Assembly: GCA_041653955.1 (NCBI GenBank)
Contig: JBAZEH010000005.1
Coordinates: forward strand, 178 to 64,177
Direction of reading: 5' to 3'
From: Candidatus Omnitrophota bacterium
Lineage (GTDB): Bacteria > Omnitrophota > Gorgyraeia > Gygaellales > Profunditerraquicolaceae
DNA: 64,000 nt
Shown: positions 40,896 through 51,010 of the stretch, piece by piece
How positions within the stretch are numbered: the stretch's first letter is position 1
Layout of the letters: every line of letters begins with the position of its first letter
Notes under the pieces: generated by a model
What the model saw: only the letters and a program-made list of their open reading frames with translations
Told to the model about the DNA's origin: nothing
The model's database searches: none
Position numbers and translations under genes: made by a program

Positions 40896-42063
40896 CCGTA
40901 TTGAATCTCGCTGCTTTAGCCGCGGGGTAAATAGTTGAGACCAGGGTAATCGCTATTGCCGCTAAAACTATCAGGGCGATATCCGGCCATAATTCTATGG
41001 ATACCGGCAGCCTGTCTATATAGTAGATATCCTGAGGTAATTTTATGAACTGATATTTTTTCAGTAAACCGCAAAGCGCTATCCCCCCGAGCGCGCCCGA
41101 GAGTATCCCTAATATGCCTATGGCAAGCCCCTCACAAGTAAATATCTTCATTATGCCGGATGAGCTCATCCCTATCGCCTTCAATATCCCTATATCCCTG
41201 GTCTTCTCTACCACCATCACCACGAGCGTGCTGATAATATTAAAAGAGGCAACAAGGATTATAAGCGTCAATATGATGAACATAGTCAGTTTCTCCAGCT
41301 TCAACGCGGCGAAAAAGTTCCGGTTCATCTCCATCCAGGTCTTCAGATTATAATCAAGCCCCAGGGACCCGGACAATTCATCCCTCACCCTGCCTGCCAG
41401 ATTCAGGTCATCCAGTTTCACGGCGATAGCGCTAAACTTATTATTTAATCCCAATATCCCCTGCGCTGTCCCTATATCGGTAAAAACCAGGTTCATATCG
41501 TAATCATACATCCCCGAGCTGAATATACCCGCGACCTTTAAGGCGCGCTCTTTGCCGAAGGGGGAATAGGTCGTGATATCAGAACCCATCCCCACCCCTA
41601 AATACAGCGCCAGCTCCTTACCGATGATTATATCATTTTCACCCAGTTCATTTATATTACCGGCCAACAGATATTGCCCTATTTTGGTGACTGTCGGCTC
41701 TGTCAGCGGGTCTATGCCCTTTAACCCCGCCGCGAACAAACGTTTGCCTTCTTTTATCAAGACCTGCCCCTGAAGATACGGGCTTATACCCGTAACATGG
41801 GGATTAGCGGATATCTGGCCGGCTATCCTGTAATACTCCTTATCTTCTATCCCGCCAAAACCGGCTACGGTGATATGAGAGTAGTTCCCGACAATCTTAT
41901 CGCGCAGGTCCTTATCAAACCCGGTCATCACGCCGATCACCACGATAAGCGCCATTACCCCTATCGCCACCCCCATCACGGATATGACGCTGATAAGCGA
42001 GATAAACTTCTCTTTTCTCCTGGTGGCGAGGTAGCGCCAGCTTATAAACAACTCCGTTTTCAT
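40873..42063 (-). CDS. lolE: FtsX-like ABC permease, LolC/LolE-like
   Basis: 396 aa with 4 TM helices and a large periplasmic loop. It overlaps the ATPase gene. Confidence 0.7.
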   Translation of the reverse strand: MKTELFISWRYLATRRKEKFISLISVISVMGVAIGVMALIVVIGVMTGFDKDLRDKIVGNYSHITVAGFGGIEDKEYYRIAGQISANPHVTGISPYLQGQVLIKEGKRLFAAGLKGIDPLTEPTVTKIGQYLLAGNINELGENDIIIGKELALYLGVGMGSDITTYSPFGKERALKVAGIFSSGMYDYDMNLVFTDIGTAQGILGLNNKFSAIAVKLDDLNLAGRVRDELSGSLGLDYNLKTWMEMNRNFFAALKLEKLTMFIILTLIILVASFNIISTLVVMVVEKTRDIGILKAIGMSSSGIMKIFTCEGLAIGILGILSGALGGIALCGLLKKYQFIKLPQDIYYIDRLPVSIELWPDIALIVLAAIAITLVSTIYPAAKAARFNTVEALRYE

Positions 42064-42127
42064 AGGGACACTTCTTGAGCCGATTGAGTGACGCTTCTTG
42101 AACCAATCAAAGAAGCGTCCCCTTGGT

Positions 42128-43573
42128 TTATTTTTCAGGTTTGAGTAACGGAAATAAGATCACATCACGGATAGAAGGCTGGTCCGTGAATAACATCACT
42201 AATCTGTCTATACCGATACCTAATCCGCCCGCGGGAGGCATACCATGTTCAAGGGCGAGCACAAAATCCTCATCTACTGCCTTCTTTTCATCGTGCAGCG
42301 CATCTTTGATCTCATCCTCAAAACGCTTCTTCTGTTCTATGGGATCGTTAAGTTCCGAATAAGCGTTGCCGACCTCCATACCCGCCATATACAGTTCAAA
42401 CCTTTGTGAAACCAGGGGGTTTTCTTTCTGCGTCTTGGCTAAAGGGCATAAGCTCGTAAAATAATCCGTAACAAAAGTCGGGTTAGCGTGCATATCCTCT
42501 TCAAGCAAATCTTCAATTATCTTGGCAACCTGAGAACGGCTAAGTTTGTTCAGCCCTTTTGCAAAACCCTTATCCTGCAGTTTCTTTAACATAACCGCCG
42601 CTTCATCAGAAGGGTCAATACCGAACTTTTCCTTAACCAGGCTGGTAAAAGAGCGCCTCTGCCAGGGGGTCTTCAGGTCTATCTCCTTACCCTGATAAGC
42701 CAGCGTTGTCTTACCCAGGACTTCCCGGGCCGCGTAAGCTATCATCTCCTCCGCGAGCCGCATCATATCCTCATAATCCGCGAAAGCGGCATAAACCTCA
42801 AGCATGGTGAATTCCGGGTTATGCCTCGTAGATACCCCTTCATTGCGGAAACTACGGTTTATCTCATAGACCTTATCCAATCCGCCGACAAGAAGCTGTT
42901 TAAGGTATAACTCCGGGGCGATCCTTAAATATAAAGCCGAATCATACTCATTGTGATGCGTCTTAAAAGGCCTTCCCGCGGCTCCTCCGGGCACGGGATG
43001 CATCATCGGCGTCTCCACCTCCATAAAGCCCTTCTCATCCAGAAAACCCCTTATGGCTTTAATGATCCGCGAACGCATAACAAAGACTTTTTTAACTTCT
43101 TCATTGGCGATAAGGTCCAAATAGCGCTGGCGATAACGCAGCTCCACATCTTTAAGACCATGCCATTTTTCAGGCAGGGGCCTTAAGGCCTTAGTTAATA
43201 TTATATAATCCTCTGCTTTTACGGTGAATTCTCCGGCGTGGGTCTTAAAAAGCGTGCCCTTTACGCTTATGATATCCGCTATATCCATATCCTGCAGGCC
43301 GTTAAATTTATCATCCCCAATGATAGCCTGCTTAAGATAAAGCTGTATTTTACCGGTAGAATCCCTTAAGTCCGCAAACAGCACTTTTCCATGAGAACGT
43401 TTGGCTATAATGCGGCCGCAAATACTTACAGGCCTATCCTCCTGGAAATCCTTCAGGGCCTCACCGATACTGATGCACCCGGCAAAGGGCTTATTATGGT
43501 ATAAACTCGCCCCCCCCACCGAAAGGTGCTCAAGTTTTTCCCTTCTTTGAGCTATAATCTCGCTTAATTCCAT
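42128..43573 (-). CDS. lysS: Lysine--tRNA ligase (class II)
   Basis: OB-fold anticodon-binding domain plus class II motifs 1-3 (FRNEG ... GGLGIGIDRL). Confidence 0.9.
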   Translation of the reverse strand: MELSEIIAQRREKLEHLSVGGASLYHNKPFAGCISIGEALKDFQEDRPVSICGRIIAKRSHGKVLFADLRDSTGKIQLYLKQAIIGDDKFNGLQDMDIADIISVKGTLFKTHAGEFTVKAEDYIILTKALRPLPEKWHGLKDVELRYRQRYLDLIANEEVKKVFVMRSRIIKAIRGFLDEKGFMEVETPMMHPVPGGAAGRPFKTHHNEYDSALYLRIAPELYLKQLLVGGLDKVYEINRSFRNEGVSTRHNPEFTMLEVYAAFADYEDMMRLAEEMIAYAAREVLGKTTLAYQGKEIDLKTPWQRRSFTSLVKEKFGIDPSDEAAVMLKKLQDKGFAKGLNKLSRSQVAKIIEDLLEEDMHANPTFVTDYFTSLCPLAKTQKENPLVSQRFELYMAGMEVGNAYSELNDPIEQKKRFEDEIKDALHDEKKAVDEDFVLALEHGMPPAGGLGIGIDRLVMLFTDQPSIRDVILFPLLKPEK

Positions 43574-43651
43574 AGTTTTATAATTATATATGATAATTAA
43601 AGTTATGTCAATTAAAGAAAAGGGGCAGGGAGGTGTATTTGACGGCTAAAT

Positions 43652-43689
43652 AAGGGGCACTTCTACTTTCAGACCAAGAAGCGCCCCTT
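43652..43689 (-). terminator. Putative rho-independent terminator downstream of htpX
   Basis: A GC-rich hairpin (AAGGGGCAC ... GCGCCCCTT) flanked by A/T runs on both sides, so it may be bidirectional. Confidence 0.4.
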
Positions 43690-43700
43690 ATCTTTTTAGG

Positions 43701-44663
43701 TCAGGATTTATACTCAGAAAGCTGCTTTATGCGCTTAAGCATATTGGGATGGGTACTTAATGCTTCCATAAGCCTGTCTGTAAAACCCAGGCGTATGGTC
43801 TTATTTTTTAATTCCGATAGTTCGGATGGGTCTATGGTGCCGCTGTTATTCAAATCCAGCTGCTTTAACTCCCTGATCTCATTAACTGCCTGAGAAGGGT
43901 CATTAACAAAAAACGCCTTTAATCCCTCCACTTCCTTGAGCGATTCTTTGTTCATGCGGGCTGAACCATAAACAAGCTTATACAGGCTTGAGGCGAGTGC
44001 TGAAGGGTCATTCCCCAAAAGCACGGAACCCCTGTCCGCGAAATATTCCCTTATGCGGGAGGCATACAGCACCAGAAGGTTGGTGATAAAATAGAAGATA
44101 AAAGCAGCCAATCCTACCAGCACGGTATTGCCCCCCCTATCGTCGCGCCTCCTGCCGAAAAAAAGGAAGTGCCAGGCGATACGGTACATGACCATCGGTA
44201 TAACCGATAACAGGGTAATCGTCAGGACATCGCGGTTTTTAAGATGGGATAGCTCATGGCCCAGGACTGCCCGCAGCTCTTCTTCATTCAATAAATTCAG
44301 GATACCCTGCGTAACACAAACCCTCCCATCCCTCCTGCCCCTTCCGAAAGCAAAAGCATTGGGAAGGGCTACATGAGACACGCATACCTTTGGAACAGGG
44401 ATATTGGCGCGCGCGGCCAGATCCTCCACCATCTCATATAAACGCGGGTACTCCTCTCTTTTGACGTATTTAACGCGCATCGTCCATTCTACCAGCTTGG
44501 GCCCCAGCATATATTGGATAAACATGATCACAAAAGACAATATCAGGTAAAAAGAGAATCCTTGTATACGAAAAAATCTGGTGCCTATAAGCACCATAGC
44601 CGTATATATCAATCCAAAAAGCACGGTGAGCAGCAACCACATCCTTATTCTTAAACTCCACAT
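43701..44663 (-). CDS. htpX: Membrane zinc metalloprotease HtpX (M48B)
   Basis: N-terminal TM helices and HELSH (LGHELSHLKNRD). 320 aa. Confidence 0.85.
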   Translation of the reverse strand: MWSLRIRMWLLLTVLFGLIYTAMVLIGTRFFRIQGFSFYLILSFVIMFIQYMLGPKLVEWTMRVKYVKREEYPRLYEMVEDLAARANIPVPKVCVSHVALPNAFAFGRGRRDGRVCVTQGILNLLNEEELRAVLGHELSHLKNRDVLTITLLSVIPMVMYRIAWHFLFFGRRRDDRGGNTVLVGLAAFIFYFITNLLVLYASRIREYFADRGSVLLGNDPSALASSLYKLVYGSARMNKESLKEVEGLKAFFVNDPSQAVNEIRELKQLDLNNSGTIDPSELSELKNKTIRLGFTDRLMEALSTHPNMLKRIKQLSEYKS

Positions 44664-44689
44664 CTTCCCCTCCCCAAAGCAAAGACGCT

Positions 44690-44757
44690 TTCCAACGCAA
44701 AGCGGAAAGTGTACCCCCTTAGGGACACTTTCCCGATTGGCGCGAGAACCGTCCCTA
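44690..44757. repeat. Palindromic repeat locus upstream of htpX: a partial A-type copy (44690-44718) plus a full B-type copy (44721-44757)
   Basis: AGGGACACTTTCCCGATTGGCGCGAGAACCGTCCCTA differs by 1 nt from the copy at 3558-3594. It is preceded by CAACGCAAAGCGGAAAGTGTACCCC, which resembles the 3' half of the copy at 3498. Confidence 0.65.
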
Positions 44758-44761
44758 TGAA

Positions 44762-45169
44762 TTACTTTGTCACCTCAACCTGAATGGTGAGCCTTATAAT
44801 AGGATTATCCGGATTATTCGTATGCACATATACGTACTGCTTTACCGGTCCGTAATACCCCTTACTGTTAAACTTAACCCCTATGCTGGCCTCCTCCGCG
44901 GGCATAATGATCTTAGACGTTATATCATAAGCGGTGCATCCGCAGGAGCTGGTAATATCTTTTATCCTTATCTCTTTGTCGGATTCATTCTTTAAAACGA
45001 ACCTGTGGGATGCGATCTCGCCTTCCTTTATACGGCCGAAATCCCAGGTATATGGTTCATCTCCCTGCATCCGCTTCTCTTCATTCCGCGCCTCCTGTGC
45101 GTGGCAGCCCTGCAGAGGCAAGGATAACAATATCAAAAATAAGAATATCTTTGTCATTACGGCCTCCAT
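44762..45169 (-). CDS. DUF1573-domain secreted/lipoprotein
   Basis: Signal peptide ending LQGC and the DUF1573 core (YTWDFGRIKEGE ... CGCT). Confidence 0.55.
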   Translation of the reverse strand: MEAVMTKIFLFLILLSLPLQGCHAQEARNEEKRMQGDEPYTWDFGRIKEGEIASHRFVLKNESDKEIRIKDITSSCGCTAYDITSKIIMPAEEASIGVKFNSKGYYGPVKQYVYVHTNNPDNPIIRLTIQVEVTK

Positions 45170-46347
45170 AATAAAAATATACCCAGCGCAAAAAATAACA
45201 CTGCCATCAATAATTTGATCGCGGCGAGATGCCTTTTCATAAATCTGGAGAAATCTTCGGAGGTTGCGCCCAATAAAGCGAATAAAAAGATAACGAATAA
45301 CGGAACGATGAACATAATATTGTAAAGGGCCAGATACCCCAAGGCATGCAATTTAAGAGGGGTCGCCTTGAGTACAAAGGTTATCGTAGGCAGGTACACC
45401 TGGCCGGTGCAGACCGCCTCTAATACCGACACCAGGAACCCGACGGTCAACGCGCTTAAAGCCATCTTTAAAATATGAGGGCCCCTGATTTTGCTATCCT
45501 TATCCCCGGTTTTTCTATAATGCATCCCGATCACTGAGTGTATCCGGTTTTTTATCGCCGGGGGCAACTGCAGCAATAACCCTCCCGTATCCTTTGTCTT
45601 TTTAAACTTAAAGAGATCATAAAGGGCGAATAAGCCTAATACCACGCTTAATGACCCTATGGCCAGGTTGAATATCTTTGAGACGATCCAAACCCCCTTT
45701 AACCTGTAAAAAAAATTGAATAAACCCACCCCGATAACCAGGTAAGTCAAAAATACAGCGAATATAAAAGTGAGCCCGATAACTACCAGCTCCTTCTTTC
45801 TATATCCCTGGAGCGATAGAAAAGATATGAAAAATACGATAACGGTGAACGCGCAGGGGTTTATCCCGTCGGTAAGCCCGGCGCTTATAACGGCAAGGGG
45901 GCCGAAAGTCTTAAAATAAGCGATCAGGTCTATAGAAGGCGAACCCGTCTTATACTGCGGCGAGCGGCTTAATGTTCCGCTGATCAGCTCCTTCAAACCG
46001 TCTTTTATCCTCCCCCTGCCGTCCAGGAAATGTCCCCTGAAATAGAATGTCGGCAGGACGCCCTCTATCTGCGGTTTATATTTTTCCCTGAGGCTCAATA
46101 GAAGTTTATAGTTCTCCATATCAGTGATATCGCGGTACTCTATGCGTATCCTGCCGGCAAACTCTTTTTCTATCCCGGGCATTACCGTCTCCTTGGTTTC
46201 GGTGCATTTATGACAAGTAGGAGAAAAAAATACTATCAATTCATCCCCTGCCGTGTATGGCGCATCCTGCCCATAGGCAGAAAAGAAAGGCGCCGCGCAC
46301 AGCAAAAGAGAAACAATAGGTATAGAAAAAAACTGTTTTACGCGCAT
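45157..46347 (-). CDS. Thiol:disulfide interchange protein: N-terminal thioredoxin-like domain fused to a DsbD/CcdA-type transmembrane domain
   Basis: CxxC (CHKC) in the N-terminal soluble domain. The C-terminal polytopic membrane domain (GINPCAF) resembles CcdA/DsbD. Confidence 0.6.
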   Translation of the reverse strand: MRVKQFFSIPIVSLLLCAAPFFSAYGQDAPYTAGDELIVFFSPTCHKCTETKETVMPGIEKEFAGRIRIEYRDITDMENYKLLLSLREKYKPQIEGVLPTFYFRGHFLDGRGRIKDGLKELISGTLSRSPQYKTGSPSIDLIAYFKTFGPLAVISAGLTDGINPCAFTVIVFFISFLSLQGYRKKELVVIGLTFIFAVFLTYLVIGVGLFNFFYRLKGVWIVSKIFNLAIGSLSVVLGLFALYDLFKFKKTKDTGGLLLQLPPAIKNRIHSVIGMHYRKTGDKDSKIRGPHILKMALSALTVGFLVSVLEAVCTGQVYLPTITFVLKATPLKLHALGYLALYNIMFIVPLFVIFLFALLGATSEDFSRFMKRHLAAIKLLMAVLFFALGIFLLWRP

Positions 46348-46361
46348 AGTTTACCGGTAAG

Positions 46362-47153
46362 TTACGCTTTTTCTTTCAGGGCGTTGAATAGATCGCGGGC
46401 CTTTTCAAATGAGGCATTCTCGTGGACCACGCTGCGTATCGCCGAGATCATGGCTATCGGCCAGCGCGACTGCCATATATTCCTGCCCATATCCACTCCC
46501 CTTGCCCCCCGGGCAATCGCCTCATGGGCCATATTTATGGCGTCAAGCTCATCTTTCAGTTTAGGCCCTCCGGCGATCACTACCGGGACAGGACAGGACT
46601 GGATTATTTTCTCAAAATCATCGCAGTAATAAGTCTTCACTATATGGGCGCCTAATTCCGCGGCAATACGGCAGCAGGTAGAAAGATATTTGGCATCCCT
46701 TTTCTCCAGCTCTTTCCCGACGGCGGTAACCGCCAGGACCGGTATCCCGTATCTCTGGCCTTCATCTACAAGCCTGGATAAATTGATCAACGTCTGATGT
46801 TCATGGTCGGTCCCAACATAGATGGATAAAGCCACGGCGCTGGCGTTAAGCCTTATGGCGTCCTCAAACGCAAGGGCAATCCCCTCATTCGAAAGGTCTT
46901 TACCGAGGATACTATTCCCTCCGGATGCCCGTAATACCATAGGCGTGTTATATGCGGGGTCTATGCAGTTACGCAGGATGCCCCTTGTAAGCATCAACGA
47001 ATCAGCGTAAGGGATCAAAGGCTCGATCGTCTTACGCGGGTCCTCCAGCCTGCTCACCACACCCAGAAAATACCCGTGGTCAAGCGCCAGCATCACGGTC
47101 CTTCCATCCTTTTTGAATATACGCTGCATTCTATTCTTTATTCCCCAATCCAT
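46362..47153 (-). CDS. Class I fructose-bisphosphate aldolase, DhnA/FbaB-type (or related ADH synthase family)
   Basis: 263-aa TIM-barrel aldolase signature (VMLALDHGYFLG ... ) of the DeoC/FbaB family. Confidence 0.65.
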   Translation of the reverse strand: MDWGIKNRMQRIFKKDGRTVMLALDHGYFLGVVSRLEDPRKTIEPLIPYADSLMLTRGILRNCIDPAYNTPMVLRASGGNSILGKDLSNEGIALAFEDAIRLNASAVALSIYVGTDHEHQTLINLSRLVDEGQRYGIPVLAVTAVGKELEKRDAKYLSTCCRIAAELGAHIVKTYYCDDFEKIIQSCPVPVVIAGGPKLKDELDAINMAHEAIARGARGVDMGRNIWQSRWPIAMISAIRSVVHENASFEKARDLFNALKEKA

Positions 47154-47167
47154 CGCGCTCCTCCTTA

Positions 47168-48196
47168 TTATTTCTGCGGATAAATGATTACTTTTATGGA
47201 TCCTTGGGCCCCTACAACAAGTTTAAATCCCTCCCCTGTCCCGGATAAATTAAAACGGTGCGTAATCATATCACGGATATTTAATTTATGCCCCGCGATC
47301 AGGCCAAGCGCTTCTTTATAATCAGAAGGGCTCCCCGCGTATGAACTCGTAAGGGTTATTTCGGTGCGCCAGAATATCTTATTGAAATCAAACGGGATCT
47401 CTCTGTCTTTATCCGTAGGGGCAAAAAAGAGGATAGTCCCGCCGCGTTCAACAGACCCCAGCGCCTGCTGAATAGCAGAAGGCGCCCCCGCGGTCACTAT
47501 TACCAGGTCCGCGAGCCTGCCCTGGTTCAACCCGCGTAATATATCGGCAGAATAATCTTTGGCGTTTATGGCCCTATCCGCTCCAAATCTCTCGGCTGCC
47601 TTAAGGCGGTAATCCGCTATATCGGTGGCTATGATCCTTGCCGCTCCGTTTACCCTGGCAAGATGTATATGCAATAACCCGGCGATACCGCTTCCTGCTA
47701 CCAAAACATTCATTCCCTTTTTCAGGCCCGCTGTCCTCTGTCCCCTGATCACGCAGGCCAAAGGCTCGATAAAGGTAGCCTCATCAAAAGATACTGTATC
47801 AGGAAGAGAGAAAACTCCGCGATCCACGTTTATCCTGGGGAGACGGGAATATTCACAAAATCCTCCCGGATCAAAGTTAGTGCTGCGCAATGTATCGCAA
47901 ACTGTTTCATGCCCGGATAAACAATAATTGCATTTTCCGCAAGGGACATGGTGCGCGCAGGCCACTCTGTCCCCCTTCTTATAATTATCTACACCCTCTC
48001 CGGCTTCTTCTATGACACCGGCTATCTCATGCCCTAATACAAGGGGCGTGCGGTTTATGCGATACCACTCCATAACATCGCTGCCGCATATCCCTGACGC
48101 CTCAACCCGTATAACCAGTTCGCCCGGTCCCGCCTTGGGCTTAGGCATCTGTTCTATCCGTATATCGTTATTATTATAATAAACTGCCGCGCGCAT
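47168..48196 (-). CDS. Zinc-dependent alcohol dehydrogenase (MDR family, sorbitol/threonine dehydrogenase-like)
   Basis: GHEIAGVIEE Zn-binding motif, structural Zn cysteines CGKCNYC, and the Rossmann motif VAGSGIAG. Confidence 0.8.
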   Translation of the reverse strand: MRAAVYYNNNDIRIEQMPKPKAGPGELVIRVEASGICGSDVMEWYRINRTPLVLGHEIAGVIEEAGEGVDNYKKGDRVACAHHVPCGKCNYCLSGHETVCDTLRSTNFDPGGFCEYSRLPRINVDRGVFSLPDTVSFDEATFIEPLACVIRGQRTAGLKKGMNVLVAGSGIAGLLHIHLARVNGAARIIATDIADYRLKAAERFGADRAINAKDYSADILRGLNQGRLADLVIVTAGAPSAIQQALGSVERGGTILFFAPTDKDREIPFDFNKIFWRTEITLTSSYAGSPSDYKEALGLIAGHKLNIRDMITHRFNLSGTGEGFKLVVGAQGSIKVIIYPQK

Positions 48197-48240
48197 AGTA
48201 TTGATATTTTACCACCTATTTGGCGTTTTTCAACAAAAAG

Positions 48241-48275
48241 AGGGACACCCCTTCAGCCAAAGCTAAGGGTGTCCC
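48241..48275. repeat. Palindromic repeat copy (reverse orientation) upstream of the GH94-like gene
   Basis: AGGGACACCCCTTCAGCCAAAGCTAAGGGTGTCCC is the reverse complement of the 171/51011 type. It lies in the divergent adh / GH94-like promoter region. Confidence 0.7.
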
Positions 48276-48285
48276 TTTAAAAGGC

Positions 48286-48314
48286 TTGAAAAAGCAGTAC
48301 GGATATGCTAAATT
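48286..48314 (+). promoter_or_regulatory. Possible sigma70 promoter for the GH94-like gene
   Basis: TTGAAA, a 17-nt spacer, then TAAATT, about 10 nt before the ATG at 48325. This would make the mRNA nearly leaderless. Confidence 0.25.
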
Positions 48315-48324
48315 GTTAGCCAAT

Positions 48325-51006
48325 ATGAATGAGCCACTCTGGAGATTTGTAGACGATAAAGGCACATTTATCTCTGAAAACGCCTCCCGGCTGAAAAGCC
48401 TTTATTTACCTCTCTGCAACTCCTTTCCTATAATATCTTCTATCTCGCCTGACCTGCACGGGGATATAAAAACGGATTATAATTCTTACCTCCTTGAACC
48501 GGTATCCCGCGGCGGGCTATCTAATCTTAAAACAAGCCGTAACTTCTGGATATATATTAACCCGCGCAAGGCGTGGTCGGCAACCGGAGTATCCAAAGAG
48601 GCTAACCGTCTGGAAGACAAATTTACTTTAGAGGCAGGTTTATTGTGGCAAAAAGTAACCCGCCGGAACAAAAAGATCGGCTTAAGAGCTGAAATTACCT
48701 CTTTTGTCCCGGCCTCCGGAGAACCGGCAGAAATAATGCTCGTGGATATCACGAATATCTCCTCAAGGGCCGTAAAGTTCATACCCACAGCAGCCATACC
48801 TTTATTCGCGAGGTCCGCGCATAACCTGCATGACCATCGCCATGTAACTTCTCTTCTGCAACGCGTACAAAAGGAAAAATACGGGGTGATCGTTAAACCC
48901 ACCCTCATATTTGATGAATCGGGGCATAAAAAAAACCATACCTGCTATTTTGTCCTGGGCACGGACGGCAAACTCTCCTCGCCCCAATATATCTACTCTA
49001 CGCAGGCAGAGTTCACCGGAGAATCAGGAGACCTGGAAGCCCCCGAAGCAATATTAAAAAATATATTACCCGCCAAAAACAGCCATATACAAGGAAAGGA
49101 ATCTATGGCTGGATTGCGCTTTAAGACCTGCGCTTTAAAACCTAAAGGAACAGTATCATATATTATAGTGATGGGCATAACAGAAGATAAATCCGGGGTC
49201 GGTAAAATATTCTCAAAATTCAATAATCCGGTTAAAATAAAAAAGGCGCTGGAAGAAAATAAAGCATATTGGCGGGAAATAAGTTCTTCTATCGCATTAA
49301 AAACAAAGGATACCGAAGCTGATAATTGGTTCAAGTGGGTGAATATCCAGCCGGTATTAAGGAAGATATCCGGCTGCTCCTTCCTGCCTGATTTTGATTA
49401 CGGCAAGGGCGGCAAAGGCTGGCGCGACCTATGGCAGGACTCCCTCTCCCTTATATTAAATAACCCCCGGGAAGTAAGGCCCTTATTGCTTAACAACTTC
49501 AGGGGCGTACGCATAGACGGCTCAAACGCCACGATTATAGGGAAAAACTCCGGGGAGTTCATCGCTGACCGAAATAATATCAGCCGCGTATGGATGGACC
49601 ATGGTATATGGCCGTTTATCACCACCCACCTTTATATTCATCAGACCGCTGATCTGGGAATACTATCAGAACAGACCCCCTATTTCAGGGACCGCCAGTT
49701 ATCAAGAAGCAAGGAGTTGGACCCTGGCTGGAGCCCGGAACACGGTAATCTGCTTAAGGCCGGGAATAACGAGGTATATTACGGAACGGTGTTAGAGCAT
49801 ATTTTAGTGCAGAATTTAGTGCAATTCTTCAACGTCGGAGAGCATAACCATATTAGCCTTGAAGGAGCGGATTGGAACGACGGATTAGATATGGGATACA
49901 AACACGGGGAAAGCGTGGCTTTCAGCTGTATGTACGCTCAGAATCTGGCGAGCCTCGCCCAGCTCCTGGAGCGCCTTGACACCGATAATGTGATCATTTT
50001 TAAAGAGCTGGCCGCGCTCATTGATTCCATAACGCAGGGCGCGATAGATTATTCCGATGCCAAGGCAAAACGCGGGCTCCTGGAGAGATATTTCCGGGAT
50101 ATTAAATGCGGGGCATCTTTAGAAAAGATAACTATACCAAGATCCGGACTGATCAAAGACCTGAACAATAAATCCGAGTGGATGCGCGCACACATAAAAA
50201 ACAGCGAATGGTTAAAAGAAGGGTTTTTTAACGGTTATTACAATAATGATAAGGAACGCCTGGAAGGGAATATCAACGGGGTAATACGCATGACACTGGC
50301 AGGCCAGGCCTTTGCGGTAATGAGCGGTATCGCCGATAAAACACAGACCGGATCGCTTTTGAAAAATGTGGATCGGTATCTTAAAGACAAGAGATCCGGA
50401 GGAATTCATTTAAATACGGATTTTAAAAAAGAACAGCTTAATATGGGGAGGGCGTTCTCTTTTATTTATGGGGACAAGGAAAACGGGGCATTCTTCAGCC
50501 ATATGTCGGTGATGTTCGCTTACGCCTTATACAAACAAGGATTCGCGCGGGAAGGTTTTGAGGTGCTGAACTCTATTTATAAGATGGCCGTGGACACTCC
50601 AAAAAGCAAGATATACCCCTGCCTTCCGGAATATTTCAATGCCGAAGGCCGCGGCATGTACAGTTACCTGACAGGTTCAGCCAGTTGGTATATACTCACC
50701 TTATTGACTCAATCATTCGGAATAAGGGGTGAATATGGCGACCTTGTAATAGAACCTAAACTTACCTTTAAACAGTTCGGCCCCGATAAAAAGATCGCTA
50801 TATCAACATCGTTCGCCGGTAAACCCCTGGAAGTAAGGTTTATAAATCCTGGCAGGAAAGATTTTGGAGTTTATTCCATAAATAAAGTAAGCATTAACTG
50901 GAAAACTATTGCTGAAAATATCAAGAAACCCCGCTTCTTAATACACCGCAGCCAGATCGCATCTTTATCAAATAATATCAATACTATTGAAGTAATATTG
51001 GATTAA
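48325..51006 (+). CDS. GH94-like glycoside phosphorylase/hydrolase ((alpha/alpha)6-barrel; cellobiose/chitobiose-phosphorylase superfamily)
   Basis: GKGGKGWRDLWQD resembles the GH94 GRGMGFRDSNQD motif. GADWNDGLD resembles the GH94 catalytic W-N-D. The protein is about 890 aa. The start is uncertain: the track ORF begins at TTG 48220, but that would read through the repeat. Confidence 0.55.
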   Translation: MNEPLWRFVDDKGTFISENASRLKSLYLPLCNSFPIISSISPDLHGDIKTDYNSYLLEPVSRGGLSNLKTSRNFWIYINPRKAWSATGVSKEANRLEDKFTLEAGLLWQKVTRRNKKIGLRAEITSFVPASGEPAEIMLVDITNISSRAVKFIPTAAIPLFARSAHNLHDHRHVTSLLQRVQKEKYGVIVKPTLIFDESGHKKNHTCYFVLGTDGKLSSPQYIYSTQAEFTGESGDLEAPEAILKNILPAKNSHIQGKESMAGLRFKTCALKPKGTVSYIIVMGITEDKSGVGKIFSKFNNPVKIKKALEENKAYWREISSSIALKTKDTEADNWFKWVNIQPVLRKISGCSFLPDFDYGKGGKGWRDLWQDSLSLILNNPREVRPLLLNNFRGVRIDGSNATIIGKNSGEFIADRNNISRVWMDHGIWPFITTHLYIHQTADLGILSEQTPYFRDRQLSRSKELDPGWSPEHGNLLKAGNNEVYYGTVLEHILVQNLVQFFNVGEHNHISLEGADWNDGLDMGYKHGESVAFSCMYAQNLASLAQLLERLDTDNVIIFKELAALIDSITQGAIDYSDAKAKRGLLERYFRDIKCGASLEKITIPRSGLIKDLNNKSEWMRAHIKNSEWLKEGFFNGYYNNDKERLEGNINGVIRMTLAGQAFAVMSGIADKTQTGSLLKNVDRYLKDKRSGGIHLNTDFKKEQLNMGRAFSFIYGDKENGAFFSHMSVMFAYALYKQGFAREGFEVLNSIYKMAVDTPKSKIYPCLPEYFNAEGRGMYSYLTGSASWYILTLLTQSFGIRGEYGDLVIEPKLTFKQFGPDKKIAISTSFAGKPLEVRFINPGRKDFGVYSINKVSINWKTIAENIKKPRFLIHRSQIASLSNNINTIEVILD

Positions 51007-51010
51007 TTCG

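Noticed and set aside
43652-43689. Hairpin plus T-run read as a plus-strand terminator
   Set aside because: No plus-strand gene lies upstream. Both neighbours (htpX, lysS) are on the minus strand. It was therefore assigned as the htpX terminator, possibly bidirectional.
48220-48324. Upstream TTG start of the GH94-like ORF (track start), giving a 35-aa N-terminal extension
   Set aside because: The extension is the translation of the palindromic repeat and begins 24 nt from the divergent adh start. The first ATG (48325), downstream of a plausible -35/-10, was preferred. This remains uncertain.
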